From the NCBI GenBank assembly GCA_963776245.1, contig CAVZLN010000004.1, forward strand, positions 275,449-339,448: DNA of 64,000 bases, in the 5' to 3' direction. The notes below the pieces were generated by a model. That model was not told the origin of the DNA, searched no databases, and saw nothing but the letters and a program-made list of their open reading frames with translations. A program made the position numbers and the translations under genes. Every line of letters begins with the position of its first letter. The first letter of the stretch is position 1. This document shows positions 40,529-52,208 of this stretch, piece by piece. This DNA comes from Candidatus Eiseniibacteriota bacterium (lineage in GTDB: Bacteria > Eisenbacteria > RBG-16-71-46).

Positions 40529-42837
40529 ATGCTGCTGACCCCCGGCACCCGTCTCGGCCCCTACGAGATCGTCGCCCCGCTCGGCGCGGGCGGCATGGGC
40601 GAGGTCTATCGCGCGCGCGACCCGCGGCTCGGGCGCGACGTGGCGATCAAGGTGCTGCCGGAGTCGCTCGCGGGCGACGCCGGACCGGCTCGCGCGGCTC
40701 GAGCGCGAGGCCCGGACGGTCGCGGGGCTCAATCATCCGAACATCGTGGTGCTCTACTCGGTGGAGGAGGAGCGCGGCGTCCGGTTCCTCACCATGGAGC
40801 TGGTGGAGGGCAGAGGATCTCGGCCAGCTGGTGCGGCCGGGCGGGCTGCCGCTGGCGCGCGTTCTCGATCTCGCGATCCCGCTGGCCGACGCGCTGGCGG
40901 CGGCCCACGAGCGCGGGGTGGTGCACCGCGACCTGAAGCCCGCGAACGTGATGGTGACGCGCGAGGGGCGGGTGAAGGTGCTCGACTTCGGACTGGCGAA
41001 GTCGGCCGCCCTGGAACCGCCGCTCGACGCCACCCGCGCGCCAGACCGCCACGTCCGCCGACTCTCGACCGCCGGGGCAGGTGGTCGGCACGGTGCCGTA
41101 CATGGCGCCGGAGCAGATCCGGGGCGAGCCGGTCGATGCGCGCACCGACCTGTTCGCGTTCGGGATCCTCCTGTACGAGCTGGTCACGGGGCGGCGGCCG
41201 TTCCGCGGGGCCACGGTCGCGGACCTGATCGCCTCGATCCTGCGCGACGCACCGCCGCTCGGTGCACGCGCTCCGCGCCGACCTGCCGCCGGACATCGAC
41301 CGGATCATCAGCCGGTGCCTCGAGAAGGATCCCGAGCGGCGCGCGCAGACCGCGAAGGACGTGCGGAACGAGCTGGAGCTGGTGCGCCGCGCCGAGGGAT
41401 CCGGCGCTTCGGGGGCTCCCCGGCACGGCGCGCCGGACACCGCTTCCGCGCCGGACGTTCCGTCGGTCGCCGTGCTGCCGTTCGCGAACCGCGGGCGCGA
41501 CGAGGACGACGAGTACTTCGCGGACGGGATCACCGAGGACGTGATCGCCCAGCTCTGCAAGGTGCGCACGCTCAAGGTGATCTCACGCATGTCCGTGATG
41601 CCGTTCAAGAAGCGCGACGAGAGCCTGCAGGAGATCGCGTCGCGGCTCCAGGTCGCGAACGTGCTCGAGGGGAGCGTCCGCCGGCTCGGGGACCGCGTGC
41701 GGATCGTCGCGCAGCTCATCGACGCGGCCTCGGGCCGGCACCTCTGGGCGGAGACCTACGACCGGCAGCTCACGGACATCTTCGCGATCCAGACCGACGT
41801 GGCGCTGCACATCGCGGACGCGCTCAAGGCGGAGCTCTCGCCCAACGAGCGGGAGCGCATCCGCCGCGAGCCGACCCGCGACGTCGCAGGCCTACGAGCA
41901 CTACCTGCGCGGCCGGCATCGCCTGGTCCGCTTCACGGTCGAGGACATGCCACAGGAGCATCGAGCACTTCGACCGGGCGATCGAGCGCGACCCCGACTT
42001 CGCCCTGGCCCACGTCGGGCTCGCCATGGCGTACACGGAGCTCGGCGAGAACGGGGCGCTGAGCCGCGACGCAGGCCGGTGCCCGGGCGATGTCGGCCGC
42101 GATCCGAAGGCCGTCGCGCTCGATCCCGAACTCGGGCGAGGCGCACTGCGCGCTCGCGTACGCCCGCCTGGTGTACGAGTTCGACTGGGCGGGCGCCGAG
42201 GCGGGGTTCAGGCGCGCGCTCGAACTGAGCCCGAGCAGCGCGGACACGTACGATCTCTATGGACGCATGTGCGCCGGCCTCCAGCGGTTCGACGAGGCGA
42301 TCACGCTGCACGAGCGCGCCCACGAGCTGGATCCGCTCACGCACCGGGCGGATCTCGCCACCACGCTGCTGCGGGCGGGACGCATCGAGGACGCCGAGCG
42401 GGCGGCCGTCGACGCCCTCCGGCACGAGCCGCACTGACGCGCGCCTGCACGCGACGCTCGGGTGGGCGCTCTTCAGGCAGGGGCGCGTGGAGGAGGGGAT
42501 CGCCGAGCTGCGAGCGCGCCGTCGACGCTGACGCCCACCGAAGACTCGTGGCGGGCTCAACTCGGTCAGGCGTACGCCCTTGCGGGTGATCACGAGAAAG
42601 CGCGCGAAGTGCTCCGGGCGCTCGAGGACCCGTCGCGGCCGGCTCCCGCCTCGGCCTACCATCTGGCCTACGTCCACACCGGCCTCGGCGATCAGGAACC
42701 GTGCGATGGACTGCCTCGAGCGTGCGTTCGAGATCGGCAGCGGCGCGGTGTACGGGATCAGGGGGTCGTTCCTGCTGGCACCGCTGCGGCAGCATCCGCG
42801 CTTCGTCGCGCTTCTGGAGCGGATGCGCCTGGCCTGA
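40529..42837 (+). pseudogene. Ser/Thr kinase-TolB-N-TPR protein, multiply frameshifted
   Basis: [43 protein letters not shown] pieces across frames. Confidence 0.88.
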
Positions 42838-43527
42838 ACCGCGGGCCGTGGCACCGCTCCTCGGCCCGCCGCACGCTCCAGCCGGAACCTTCGGACGCGA
42901 GTGCCGCGGCGAATCCCGGGATGCCGTCGAGGTCGCGAACCGTGTGTCGGGCGACGGCCTCCGGCAGGGGGGGGGACACGATGCCGTGGCCGGCGGCCTT
43001 CGCGAGCGCCTCGCGCCGCACCCAGCACCGGAAGAACGCCCCGCCCGGATCGCTCTCGGCGTGCGCCGCCATCTCCGCGCGCTCGGCCCGGCCGAAGACA
43101 TCCCGCGAGATGCCCTCCCCATCCACGCTGGGTCGCAGCTCCTCCACGTCGACACCCACCTCGTGGCCGAGCCGGACGGCGACGAGCGCGATCCCTCCGG
43201 AGTGGGAGAGGTTGAACCGCAGCTCGTCCCACCGCGCCCTGAGCGAGCCGCGGCTTGCCGTTCGTATCGGTCCCGAGCGCCACCTCCTCTGGCGCGAGCC
43301 CGAGGTAGCGGCCGAGGATGCGACGGAGCGCGGCCCGCGCCGCCACCCAGGTCACGGCCCCCAGGCGCAGCCGCGCGGCGTGCTCGCGTTCCGGACCGCT
43401 GAGCGTGTGGAATGCCAGCTTCGCTCGGGCGCGGATCGAGCGCCACCTCCCAGACATCCACCCGCGTGGTGGAGGCGCGCTCCCGTGCCACGCCCGCGGA
43501 CTCGAGGACCGGGAACGCCGCGCTCAC
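42758..43527 (-). pseudogene. 4'-phosphopantetheinyl transferase (Sfp-type), frameshifted
   Basis: RAALRRILGRYL, NGKP, RFNLSHS, VGVDVE, WVRREALAKA; GTGA overlap with NRPS stop. Confidence 0.85.
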
Positions 43528-46500
43528 GGGGCGACCCCCGCCCGCGAGGGCCGGGTGGGGCAGCCCACGTAGCGCCTCCCCGGCAGCAGCATCTCGCGCT
43601 TCATCACCACGCTGTTCGCGGCCACCTCGGCGCGTTCGCCGATGTCGGCGCCGTAGAGCAGTACGGCGCCGCGGCCCACGTCGGCGCCCGGCGCCGATCC
43701 TGCACCGGTGCGAGCTTCAGCACGCGATCCTCGAAGCTGTGCGACTGCAGGTGGCACGACACGGTCGCGCCGTCGCCGATCTCGAGCATGTCGGGATCCA
43801 CCGACCTGCAGGAACGAGCTGCCGAACACCACGCCGCGTCCGATGCGGCAACCCATGGCGCGCAGCCACCACGCCACGAACGGCGTGCCCTCGAACGCCA
43901 GCAGGACCGGCACGGCGTAGGCGGCCCACACCTCGAAGAGGATGTCCCAGCGGCAGCACCAGCACGACCAGAGCGCGTGCCGGCCCTCGCGGATCGGGAC
44001 CGAGCACCAGCCACTTGGTCAGCAGCGCGAGGGCGCACAGCAGCGCGCCGAGCGCCACCACCGACAGCGGGCAGGGTGACGAGGAAGAACTCCGGGGCCG
44101 ACTGGGCCGCGCGCCACGCCGGGACGGCGCGGAACCACGCCCAGCGCCAGCGCGAGCGGCACCAGCGGCAGCACCAGTCGCGCGGACTCGAACACCACGC
44201 GCGTGAGCATCCGGTCCCAGCCCGGGTCGTGCGTCAGTCGCTCGCTCGCTGACCGCGACCTCGCGCCGCGGCAGCTCGAGCGGCGGCTGGCCGAACCACG
44301 ACGTGCCCCGCGCGGATGGCCGCGGGGTCGGCGACCGTGCAGATGCCGAGCAGGATGTCGGGCGGCAGCGATGCGCCGGCCGGGACGACCACGTGGTTGC
44401 CGAGGAAGGTGTTCCGCGAGAGCCGCGTGCGCCGGCAGTCGGCGAACCCGCGGTGCAGCCGCGGCCGGCCGAGGTAGATGCCGTCGGCGAGGAAGCACTC
44501 GTCGCCGATCTCGAGCAGCTCGGGGACGGTCTCCATCACGGTGCTGATCTCGCACTTGCGTCCCCACCCTGGCACCGGCCGCGCGCAGCCACCCGGGCCA
44601 CAGCAGCGTGCCGCTGAGCGCGGCATTCGCCGTCTCGACGGCGTGGTCCTTCATCACGATCGCGATGCCGGTCCAGCTCCGCAGCGGATGCTCGCCTTCG
44701 CGCACGCGCCCGAACGCGCGCGCGAGCACCGCCTGCATCGGCAGCGAGAGCGCGTACCCGGCGACCAGGAGCAGGGGAGCGAGCGCCAGCGGGATCCCCG
44801 CGAAGGGCGCGGGCAGGAGCCCGGTGCCCGGCTCGCCCGGCCGCAGGCAGGCGGCGGCGATCAGGAGCCCCGGCAGGAGCGGCAGCCAGAGCGCGACCGC
44901 GCGCGCGCCCGAGCAGCGTGGTCGCGTGCGCCGCGGCGGGCCAGGGCCGCGCGCCGGGCTCCGCTCGGGCGCGGAGGGCGCCATGCCGACGCGCACGGCG
45001 GGCACGCCCTCCCAGCGCTCGCCCTCCGGGATCGCCGCGCCCTCGGCCAGCATGGAGAGGCAGCCGAGATAGCCGTCGCGTCCGAGGCGCGCACCGCCCG
45101 ACACGTGCGCGCGCGTGTCGAGCGTGGCCCCCGGACCCAGAGTCACGGGAGCGAGCACCAGGTCGCGCGCGCGATACTCCACCACGCCGACCGAGGCATC
45201 GCGCCCCAGCGTGGCACCGTCGCCCAGCTCGAGCAGGTCCCAGCCGCCACCGCGTCAGGTCCACGCCGCGGTGGATGTGCACGTCGCTGCCGACGCGCGC
45301 CCCGAGCGCGCGCAGGCAGGCGTTGCCGAGTTCGCAGCCCTGGACCAGCGCCCACGGGATGGTGCGCGCAAGATGGACGACGATCCAGTGCCGCACGTGG
45401 AACGCGCCCAGCCACGCGTGCCGGCCCGGGCGGTAGCGTCCGATGAGGAGCACCTTGGCGCACACGGTGAGGACGAGCGAGATGCGGCAGCCACGCCAGT
45501 TCGGCGGCGAACCCCACCAGCGGCAGGCCGAGCAGCAGGGGCACCACGCCCAGCGCGCCCGCGAGCGCGGGCAACACGCTGAACAGCGCGGCGTACGCCA
45601 GCGCCGCGCCCGGCACCAGCGACACGGCCACCCACGCGAGCTGCGCGAGCGCCCCGGGGGACAAGGCACGGGTGAGCGCGGGCGGCCGGCGCCGGGGCGG
45701 CCTCGGGTCCGTTCGCGGGCGTGGCGAGCGGACGCGGCGCGCGCGGCGAGCGCCGCGACGGTGCGCGCCTCGTACACGTCGCGCATCGTGAGCGAGGCCG
45801 TCGCGCGGGTCGCCCCGCAGCGCGAGACCACCTGCGCCGCCACCAGCGAGTTGCCGCCCAGGTCGAGGAAGAAGTCGTCCGTCGAGCCCGATCGCGCCAC
45901 GGTGCGGGACGAACTCGCCGAAGGCCGCCGCGATCGCGCGCTCGAGCGCGCCACCGGCGGCCGCTGCCGCGCGCCGCGTGGCGGGGGCGTGTCCATTCGC
46001 GCGTGCGAGGGACCGGATGTCCGGCAGCGCCGAGCGGTCGAGCTTGCCGCTCGCGTCGCGCGTCGGCAGCTCGGCCACGAACGCGTAGTGCACCGGCTGC
46101 ATGTGGTCGGCCACCCGCTGCGCGCATGCGCTCGCGCACCGCGGCCAGGTCCGCGGGACGCGCGGCGTCCGTGACCAGGAACGCCGCGAGCTCGCGCTCG
46201 GGGCCTCGCCCTGGAGCGCGCACGCGGCCGCGATGACGCCCTCGCAGGCGCACAGGTGCGCCTCGACGGCGCTCAGCTCCACCCGGTGGCCGCGGATCTT
46301 GACCTGCGAGTCCGAGCGCCCGAGGTAGGCGAGCGCGCCCGATCGCGCGGCGCTCCACCAGGTCGCCCGTGCGGTAGATGCGGCCGAACCGCGGGTGCTC
46401 GATGAAGCGCTCGGCCGTGAGCTCGGGCTGGTTCGAGGTAGCCCGCGCGCCACGCCGGCGCCGCCGATGCAGAGTTCGCCCGGTGCGCCGGGCTCGACCT

Positions 46501-47600
46501 CGTCCAGGTTCTCGTCCAGCACCCACGCGTGATTGCCCTCGACCGGCCAGCCGATCGTGACGGGCTCGCCGGCGCGGATCGGCGTGCGCACCACGGTGAC
46601 CGAGCATTCGGTGGGCCCGTAGCCGTTCTCGAGCCGGCGGCCGGGCGCCCAGCGCGTGGCCACGTCCGCGGGCAGTTCCTCGCCGCCCACGTAGAGCAGG
46701 CGCAGTTCGGGCAGTTCCCGCGCGGGGTCCTCGCACGCCGTCATGCGCAGCAGGGTGGGGGGCGGGCAGAAGACCGTGATGCGCTCGCTCCGCAGCCACG
46801 CCACGAGGTCCGGCCCCAGCCGCACCGCGTCGTCGTCCATCACGACCAGCGTGGCGCCGCTGCCGAACGCGAGCCAGATCTCCTCGACCGAGGAGTCGTA
46901 GGCGCACGAGGAGCTCTGCGCCACGCGGTCGCCGGGTCCGAGGTCGAAGTAGCGCCGGTCGGACTCCACCAGATTGACGATGTTGCGGTGCTCGACCATG
47001 ACGCCCTTCGGGCGGCCCGACGTGCCCGAGGTGTAGATCACGTACGCGAGCGAGGAGGGAACTGGGGCGCGAGCGCGCGGCACTCCGTCGGTGGTGCGGC
47101 CCGGCGTCCGCCACCGCGGCATCCCCGTCCAGCGTGACGATGCGATCGCGCGCGACCCCGAGCGCCTCGAAGCGTTCGCGGTCGGCCGGCCGCGCGATCA
47201 CCGCGACGGCGCGGGAGTCCGCGAGCAGGAATCGGGCGCGTTCCCGCTCGAGTCCCGGTTCGAAGCAGGTGTACGCCGCGCCCGCCCCGAGCACCGCGAG
47301 TTGCGCGATGTAGATGGCGGCCGAATCGCGTGGCAGCGCGATCGCCACCACGCACTCGCCCGGGACGAACGCCGCGAGGCGCGATGCAAGTGCCTCGGAG
47401 AGCGCGAGCACCTCGCCGTAGGTGAGCCTCGCACGAGTCGGCCGGCCTGCCGCTGGCGGCACCTCGATGGCGATGGCCTGAGCGTGCTCGCGCGCCGTGC
47501 GTTCGAAGACCGCGTGCAGGAGCGCGCGGCTGGCGTCGGGAGCGAGCGGAGGGGGCTCGGACGCGACCTGACCTCCTTGTCGGGTGGCTGAGGACGGCAC
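43524..47600 (-). pseudogene. Pls/PosA-like single-module NRPS (A-T plus three TM/left-handed beta-helix units), frameshifted
   Basis: YVIYTSGTSGRPKG, NGYGPTE, GELCIGGAGVARG, IYRTGD, QVKIRGHRVEL, FFLDLGGNSL; repeated LRALGARVG / LRAAGA / LRAMGCRIG hexapeptide blocks. Confidence 0.88.
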
Positions 47601-47788
47601 GCGCGCATTGTGCCGCCTGGCGAGGTCGCGCACAACGCGATTGTGATGGGGCGAGGCAGATCTCCGACCCTTCCAGGGAGGTTCTCCACCCGTCCGGCCG
47701 CGCGCGGCGCGATCGCCGGGAAACCCCGGGCTGGCTCGCGCATCGGAATGTGGGCGCAATGAGGTCGACCGGTCCACGGAGGTCTCGG

Positions 47789-48436
47789 ATGAAGAAGATC
47801 GCGGTGCTGGGCTCGGGGGTCGTCGGGCAGGTGCTGGCGGACGGACTGCTGAAGCTCGGCCACGCGGTGGTGCGTGGGACACGCGACCCCGGGAAGCTGG
47901 CGGAGTGGAAGGACAGGGCGGGCCCGCAGGGCTCCGTGGCCACGTTTTCCGAGGCGGCACGCCTGGGGGACCTGGTGGTGCTCGCGGTCAAGGGCACCGC
48001 CGCCGAGGCGGTGCTCGACCTGTGCGGAGCGGCGGCGCTGTCCGGCAAGACGGTGATCGACACCACGAACCCGATCGCCGACCGGCCGCCGGTCAACGGC
48101 GTGCTGTCCTTCTTCACGTCGCTCGATGAGTCGCTGATGGAGCGGCTGCAGAAGCGCTTCCCGGCGGCGCGCTTCGTCAAGGCGTTCTCGAGCGTGGGAA
48201 GCGCGCTCATGGTGAACCCCCGCGTGGCGGGCGGGCCGCCGAGCATGTTCATCTGCGGCAACGACGCCGGAGCCAAGGGCGAGGTCAGGGTGATCCTCGG
48301 CCAGCTCGGCTGGGAGACCGAGGACATGGGTGCCGTCGAGGCGGCGCGTGCGATCGAACCGCTGTGCATGCTGTGGTGCATCCCGGGCTTCACCCGCAAC
48401 CAATGGGCGCACGCCTTCAAGCTCGTGCGCGTGTAG
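47789..48436 (+). CDS. NADPH-dependent F420 reductase-like (NADP oxidoreductase) family
   Basis: IAVLGSGVVG, VIDTTNP, VKAF, ICGND, ARAIEP. Confidence 0.88.
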   Translation: MKKIAVLGSGVVGQVLADGLLKLGHAVVRGTRDPGKLAEWKDRAGPQGSVATFSEAARLGDLVVLAVKGTAAEAVLDLCGAAALSGKTVIDTTNPIADRPPVNGVLSFFTSLDESLMERLQKRFPAARFVKAFSSVGSALMVNPRVAGGPPSMFICGNDAGAKGEVRVILGQLGWETEDMGAVEAARAIEPLCMLWCIPGFTRNQWAHAFKLVRV

Positions 48437-48537
48437 CCCCATCACCCCACGCGGATCCGCCCGGGAGCGCCTGGCCCCCGGGCGGATCGTGGTGCGGCAG
48501 TCCCTGCTCGCGATGCCGGAGCGCGGTCCGGGGGCGC

Positions 48538-49041
48538 CTACTTCCTCGCCCAGAACCCGATCGCGACGCCACCCGGCGCGGCGACGATCGCGATCCATCC
48601 CGAGCTACCCGGGAGTTGTACCGGACTCATCATCTCGGTGGCCCCGGCCGCGAGCGCGCCGGCGAACGTCGTGTGGATGTTCGCGACCTCGCAGTACGGG
48701 ATCGAACCCGGGACCTCGGGCGGATTGTTGGAGCGGATGCCGCCTCCGGTGCCGTTGTCGAACTGCCACATGTGATACGGCCCGCCCGGCGTCGGCATCG
48801 ACTGGCCGAACTTCCAGCGGAGCACCTTCTGGCACCAGGCGCGAGTGGCGGCTGGGTCGGCGCTCGCCAGTTCCGTGTGCGTGATGAGTCCGGGGCGGAC
48901 CTTGGGCATGGCAGCCCTTCGAGACGAGCGGGCCGCGCGCGCGGGGCGTCGGGCCTTCGTCCGCTTCGCGGCGGACTTCTTGGCGACCTTCTTCGCACTC
49001 TTCCTTTTCGCACTCTTCTTTGCGGACTTTCGCTGGGCCAT
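48538..49041 (-). CDS. VOC/glyoxalase family protein with Lys/Ala-rich N-terminal extension
   Basis: ITHTEL, GGGI, IPYCEV, APGGVAIGFW; N-terminal KSAKKSAKRKSAKK. Confidence 0.8.
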   Translation of the reverse strand: MAQRKSAKKSAKRKSAKKVAKKSAAKRTKARRPARAARSSRRAAMPKVRPGLITHTELASADPAATRAWCQKVLRWKFGQSMPTPGGPYHMWQFDNGTGGGIRSNNPPEVPGSIPYCEVANIHTTFAGALAAGATEMMSPVQLPGSSGWIAIVAAPGGVAIGFWARK

Positions 49042-49212
49042 CGGATCCTCCTCGTCCACTTGCCATCGCCCCGCTGCCTCGGCCTCGGTCGGCCGGCCGA
49101 TCGAGCGCCGTATCCTATACCATCCAGCGGTTGACGGACCGCCGCCTCCGCCGGATATTGCCCGGCGGAGTGCGGGCCGCGGTCCGATGACCGACATGAC
49201 TCGGAGGCGCTG

Positions 49213-50859
49213 ATGCGGACGGGTTGGCAGATCGTCGTGTGTCTTCTTCTCCTCGGTTCGCCGGCGACCGCCGGCGCACAAGACGAGCACGCGCACGGAG
49301 CGGGCGACCTCGGCCGGGTGGGGAAGGCCCACTTCCAGGTGAAGTGCGCGCCCGAGCTCCAGCGGGAGTTCGACCGCGCGGTCGCGGTCCTCCACTCGTT
49401 CTTCTACGAGGAGTCCGAGCGCCAGTTCGCGGCGATCGCATCCCGCGATCCACATTGCGCGATGGCATGGTGGGGTGTCGCCATGAGCCTCTGGCACCCC
49501 CTCTGGGAGCCACCCGATTCCGCCTCGCTCGCCCGTGGACGGGCCGCGATCCAGCGGGCCGACTCGATCGGCTCCGACGACGAGCGCGAGCGCGCCTACA
49601 TCGGCGCGCTGGCGTGCTTCTACCGGGACTGGGAGCACGTGGACCATCGCACCCGCGCCCTCGCTTACGAGCGCGCGATGGAGCAGGTGCACGTACGCTT
49701 CCCGGACGATACCGAGGCCGCGATCTTCTACGCGCTGGCGCTCAACGCCACGATCCAGTACAGCGACAAGACCTACGCTCAGCAGCTGCGCGCCGGCGCG
49801 CTCCTCGAACCCATCTACGCGCGGCAGCCCGATCACCCGGGGGTGGCGCACTACCTCATCCACAGTTATGACTTCCCGACCCTGGCGTCGCGAGCGCTGC
49901 CCATGGCACGGCGCTACGCCGGGGTCGCGCCCCACGTGCCGCACGCGCTCCACATGCCCTCGCACATCTTCACACGCCTCGGGATGTGGGACGAGTCCAT
50001 CCGCTCGAATCTCGCCGCCGCCCAGGCCGGTCGGGAGTATTCCGCCATGCACTACGGCGGGGCCGTGTACTACGACGCCGTGCACGCGTGGGACTACCTC
50101 GAGTACGCGTACCTGCAGAAGGCCCAGGACCGGAAGGCGCGGGCGATCCGCGACAGCGTGGCGGCCATCCGGCGCGTGAGCCACCAGACCCAGTCGTTCT
50201 ACTACGCCCTCACCTCGGTGCCGGCGCGCTACGCGCTCGAGCATCACGCGTGGAGTGAGGCGGCCGCGCTCGAGCTCCCGTCGGGCTGGAACTGGAACCG
50301 CTATCCCTGGACCGAAGCGACCACGGCGTTCGCGCGCGCGCTCGGCGGCGCGCGCTCGGGCCGGCCGGACATCGCGCGCGAGGGGATCGCGCGCCTCGCC
50401 GCGATCCGCGACGGCATCTCGAATCCCACGCTCCTTTACTGGGCCGCACAGGTGGAGGCCCAGCGACGCACCGCCGCGGCCTGGCTCGAACTGTCCGAGG
50501 GCCATGAGGCCGAGGCGCTGGCCGGCATGCGCGCCGCCGCCGCGCTCGAGGACTCGACCGAGAAGCGGCCCGTGACACCGGGGGCGGTGCTGCCGGCGCG
50601 CGAACTCCTCGGCGACATGCTGCTCGAGACCCATCGTCCGGCCGAGGCGCTGGCCGAGTACGAGGCGGTGCTGCGCGATGCTCCCGGGCGGTTCAACGCC
50701 ATCGCGGGAGCCTCGCGCGCGGCGCTGGCGGGTCAGCGCCTGGACGAGGCCCGCGGATACGCGACCGAGCTGCTGCGGCTCGCGAAGGATGGCGACGGCG
50801 ATCGCCCCGAGGTCACCGCGGCGCGGCGCCTGGTCAGCGGCGAGACCAGCGCACGCTGA
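49213..50859 (+). CDS. exported TPR-like protein
   Basis: FDRAVAVLHSFFY, DPHCAMAWWG, PDHPGVAHYLIH, HALHMPSHIF, PARELLGDML. Confidence 0.85.
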   Translation: MRTGWQIVVCLLLLGSPATAGAQDEHAHGAGDLGRVGKAHFQVKCAPELQREFDRAVAVLHSFFYEESERQFAAIASRDPHCAMAWWGVAMSLWHPLWEPPDSASLARGRAAIQRADSIGSDDERERAYIGALACFYRDWEHVDHRTRALAYERAMEQVHVRFPDDTEAAIFYALALNATIQYSDKTYAQQLRAGALLEPIYARQPDHPGVAHYLIHSYDFPTLASRALPMARRYAGVAPHVPHALHMPSHIFTRLGMWDESIRSNLAAAQAGREYSAMHYGGAVYYDAVHAWDYLEYAYLQKAQDRKARAIRDSVAAIRRVSHQTQSFYYALTSVPARYALEHHAWSEAAALELPSGWNWNRYPWTEATTAFARALGGARSGRPDIAREGIARLAAIRDGISNPTLLYWAAQVEAQRRTAAAWLELSEGHEAEALAGMRAAAALEDSTEKRPVTPGAVLPARELLGDMLLETHRPAEALAEYEAVLRDAPGRFNAIAGASRAALAGQRLDEARGYATELLRLAKDGDGDRPEVTAARRLVSGETSAR

Positions 50860-50860
50860 G

Positions 50861-50950
50861 GAGCCCGGCTCCCAACCCGTTGCCACGCATCGCCCCGCTT
50901 GCGGTTGGCGCCGCAGGCGGGGCTTCGTCCTGTCGTCAGGAGAGGCAGGG
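50861..50950 (+). repeat. diverged partial copy of the cassette left-arm element (hairpin core)
   Basis: GCCCCGCTTGCGGTTGGCGCCGCAGGCGGGGCTTCGTCCTGTCGTCAGGAGAGG matches 59846-59899 and 61128-61181. Confidence 0.85.
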
Positions 50951-51021
50951 GGCCGAGGGTTCCTGCAATACGCGAGGGGGTTGGGACGTCATCAGGGTGT
51001 AGCCCAACGAGCGGGAGGCCT

Positions 51022-51622
51022 GTGCCACAGGATGCAGAACTGATCGCGGGCATGGTCCGGGGGGAGTCCGGGGCGTTCGCCGAGCTCTACCAGAAGTACC
51101 GGGCACGCCTTCATCAGTACGCGCTGAGCCTGATCCGCTCCCGGATGGAGGCCGAGGACGTGGTGCACGATGTCTTTGTCGGACTGGCGAAGCAGGCGAG
51201 CGGGGGACGCGTGCCCCGCGAACTCTCGGCCTACCTGTACGTCTCGGTGCGGAACCGCTGCGTGGACCGGATGCGACGCAAGCCGGCGCTGCCGCTCGAG
51301 GACGTGGACCTCGAGCTGATCGTGGCGCCGCCCGGCGACGAGGAGCGCATCGAACACCGTCGGGTGCTCAACCGCGCGCTGCTCGCGCTGCCGGCCGAGC
51401 AGGCGGAGGTGATCGTGCTCAGGACCTGGCACGACCTCGACTTCGCCACGATCGCCGGTGATGCAGGGGACGTCGGTCAACACCGCGCTCTCGCGCTACC
51501 AGTACGGCCTCTCGAAACTGAGAAAGGAGCTCGGAGTCCGATGGACGATGACCGGATCGAGCGGCTGCTCCGGGGCTACCGGCTGCCGGAAGTGTCGCGG
51601 GAGCTCGACCATCGGGTATTGA
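51022..51622 (+). CDS. ECF RNA polymerase sigma factor (apparent +1 frameshift near 51457)
   Basis: AFAELY, AEDVVHDVF, YLYVSVRNRC, ALLALPAEQAEVIVL; region 4 (MQGTSVNTALSRYQYG) continues in another frame. Confidence 0.85.
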
Positions 51623-51777
51623 GCGAGGGCACCACGATCCTGGAGCGCACGCGCACACGAGCGACGCTGGAGGAGATCGGTCGGGCCCTGCTGGACCGAC
51701 TCGGCTTCGGCTACGTCGCCTGGCTGGTCGACCTGGTCACCACGACCGACGCCGAGTACCGCGTCGACTTCATCTAA
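51541..51777 (+). CDS. small hypothetical protein, possible anti-sigma
   Basis: ATG after AAAGGAG/GGAG; MDDDRIERLLRGYRL is typical of ECF-downstream partners. Confidence 0.55.
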   Translation: MDDDRIERLLRGYRLPEVSRELDHRVLSEGTTILERTRTRATLEEIGRALLDRLGFGYVAWLVDLVTTTDAEYRVDFI

Positions 51778-51790
51778 GAGGAGGCACACG

Positions 51791-52117
51791 ATGAACGAGG
51801 ACTTCGAGGCCCGTCGCATGAAGCACCGCCGGTTCCTCCGGCGCAATCTGGTCTGGATCGTCCCGCTCGGCATCGCGGCCGCCGTGGGGTTCTTCTTCGG
51901 GATCGGCAAGCTGGTCGAGTGGCTCTGGCGCGTGACGGTGGTCGACCTCTTCGCGTTCAAGCCGATCAGCTTCTGGCAGGCGTGGGGACTCATCCTGCTG
52001 TCGCAGATCCTGTTCAAGGCGAACATGCAGCCGACGACGCGCACCGGGCACTGGCGGCGCCGCGATCCCGGGTGCGGAGATGTTCAGGGGGTGGACGCCG
52101 GGCAGGAGCAGCCGTGA
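51791..52117 (+). CDS. hypothetical membrane protein
   Basis: GAGGAGG RBS; WLW...LF..KPISFWQAWGLILLSQILF. Confidence 0.75.
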   Translation: MNEDFEARRMKHRRFLRRNLVWIVPLGIAAAVGFFFGIGKLVEWLWRVTVVDLFAFKPISFWQAWGLILLSQILFKANMQPTTRTGHWRRRDPGCGDVQGVDAGQEQP

Positions 52118-52208
52118 GGAGGACTGTGAGGCGCGGTTACTGGCTCGGATTCGGCACGCTCCACTGACCCCGAGGCGGGAGGGTGGGGAGGGGGCGAAAG
52201 CCGGCGCG

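Noticed and set aside
36593..47600. Programmed frameshifting or phase variation
   Set aside because: Too many shifts in unrelated genes and not at slippery or repeat tracts; sequencing error is more parsimonious.
50899..51777. ECF sigma fused to a C-terminal extension (292-aa ORF)
   Set aside because: Region 4 continues in another frame after ~51457 and the downstream part has its own RBS and ATG; the fusion stems from a single-base insertion.
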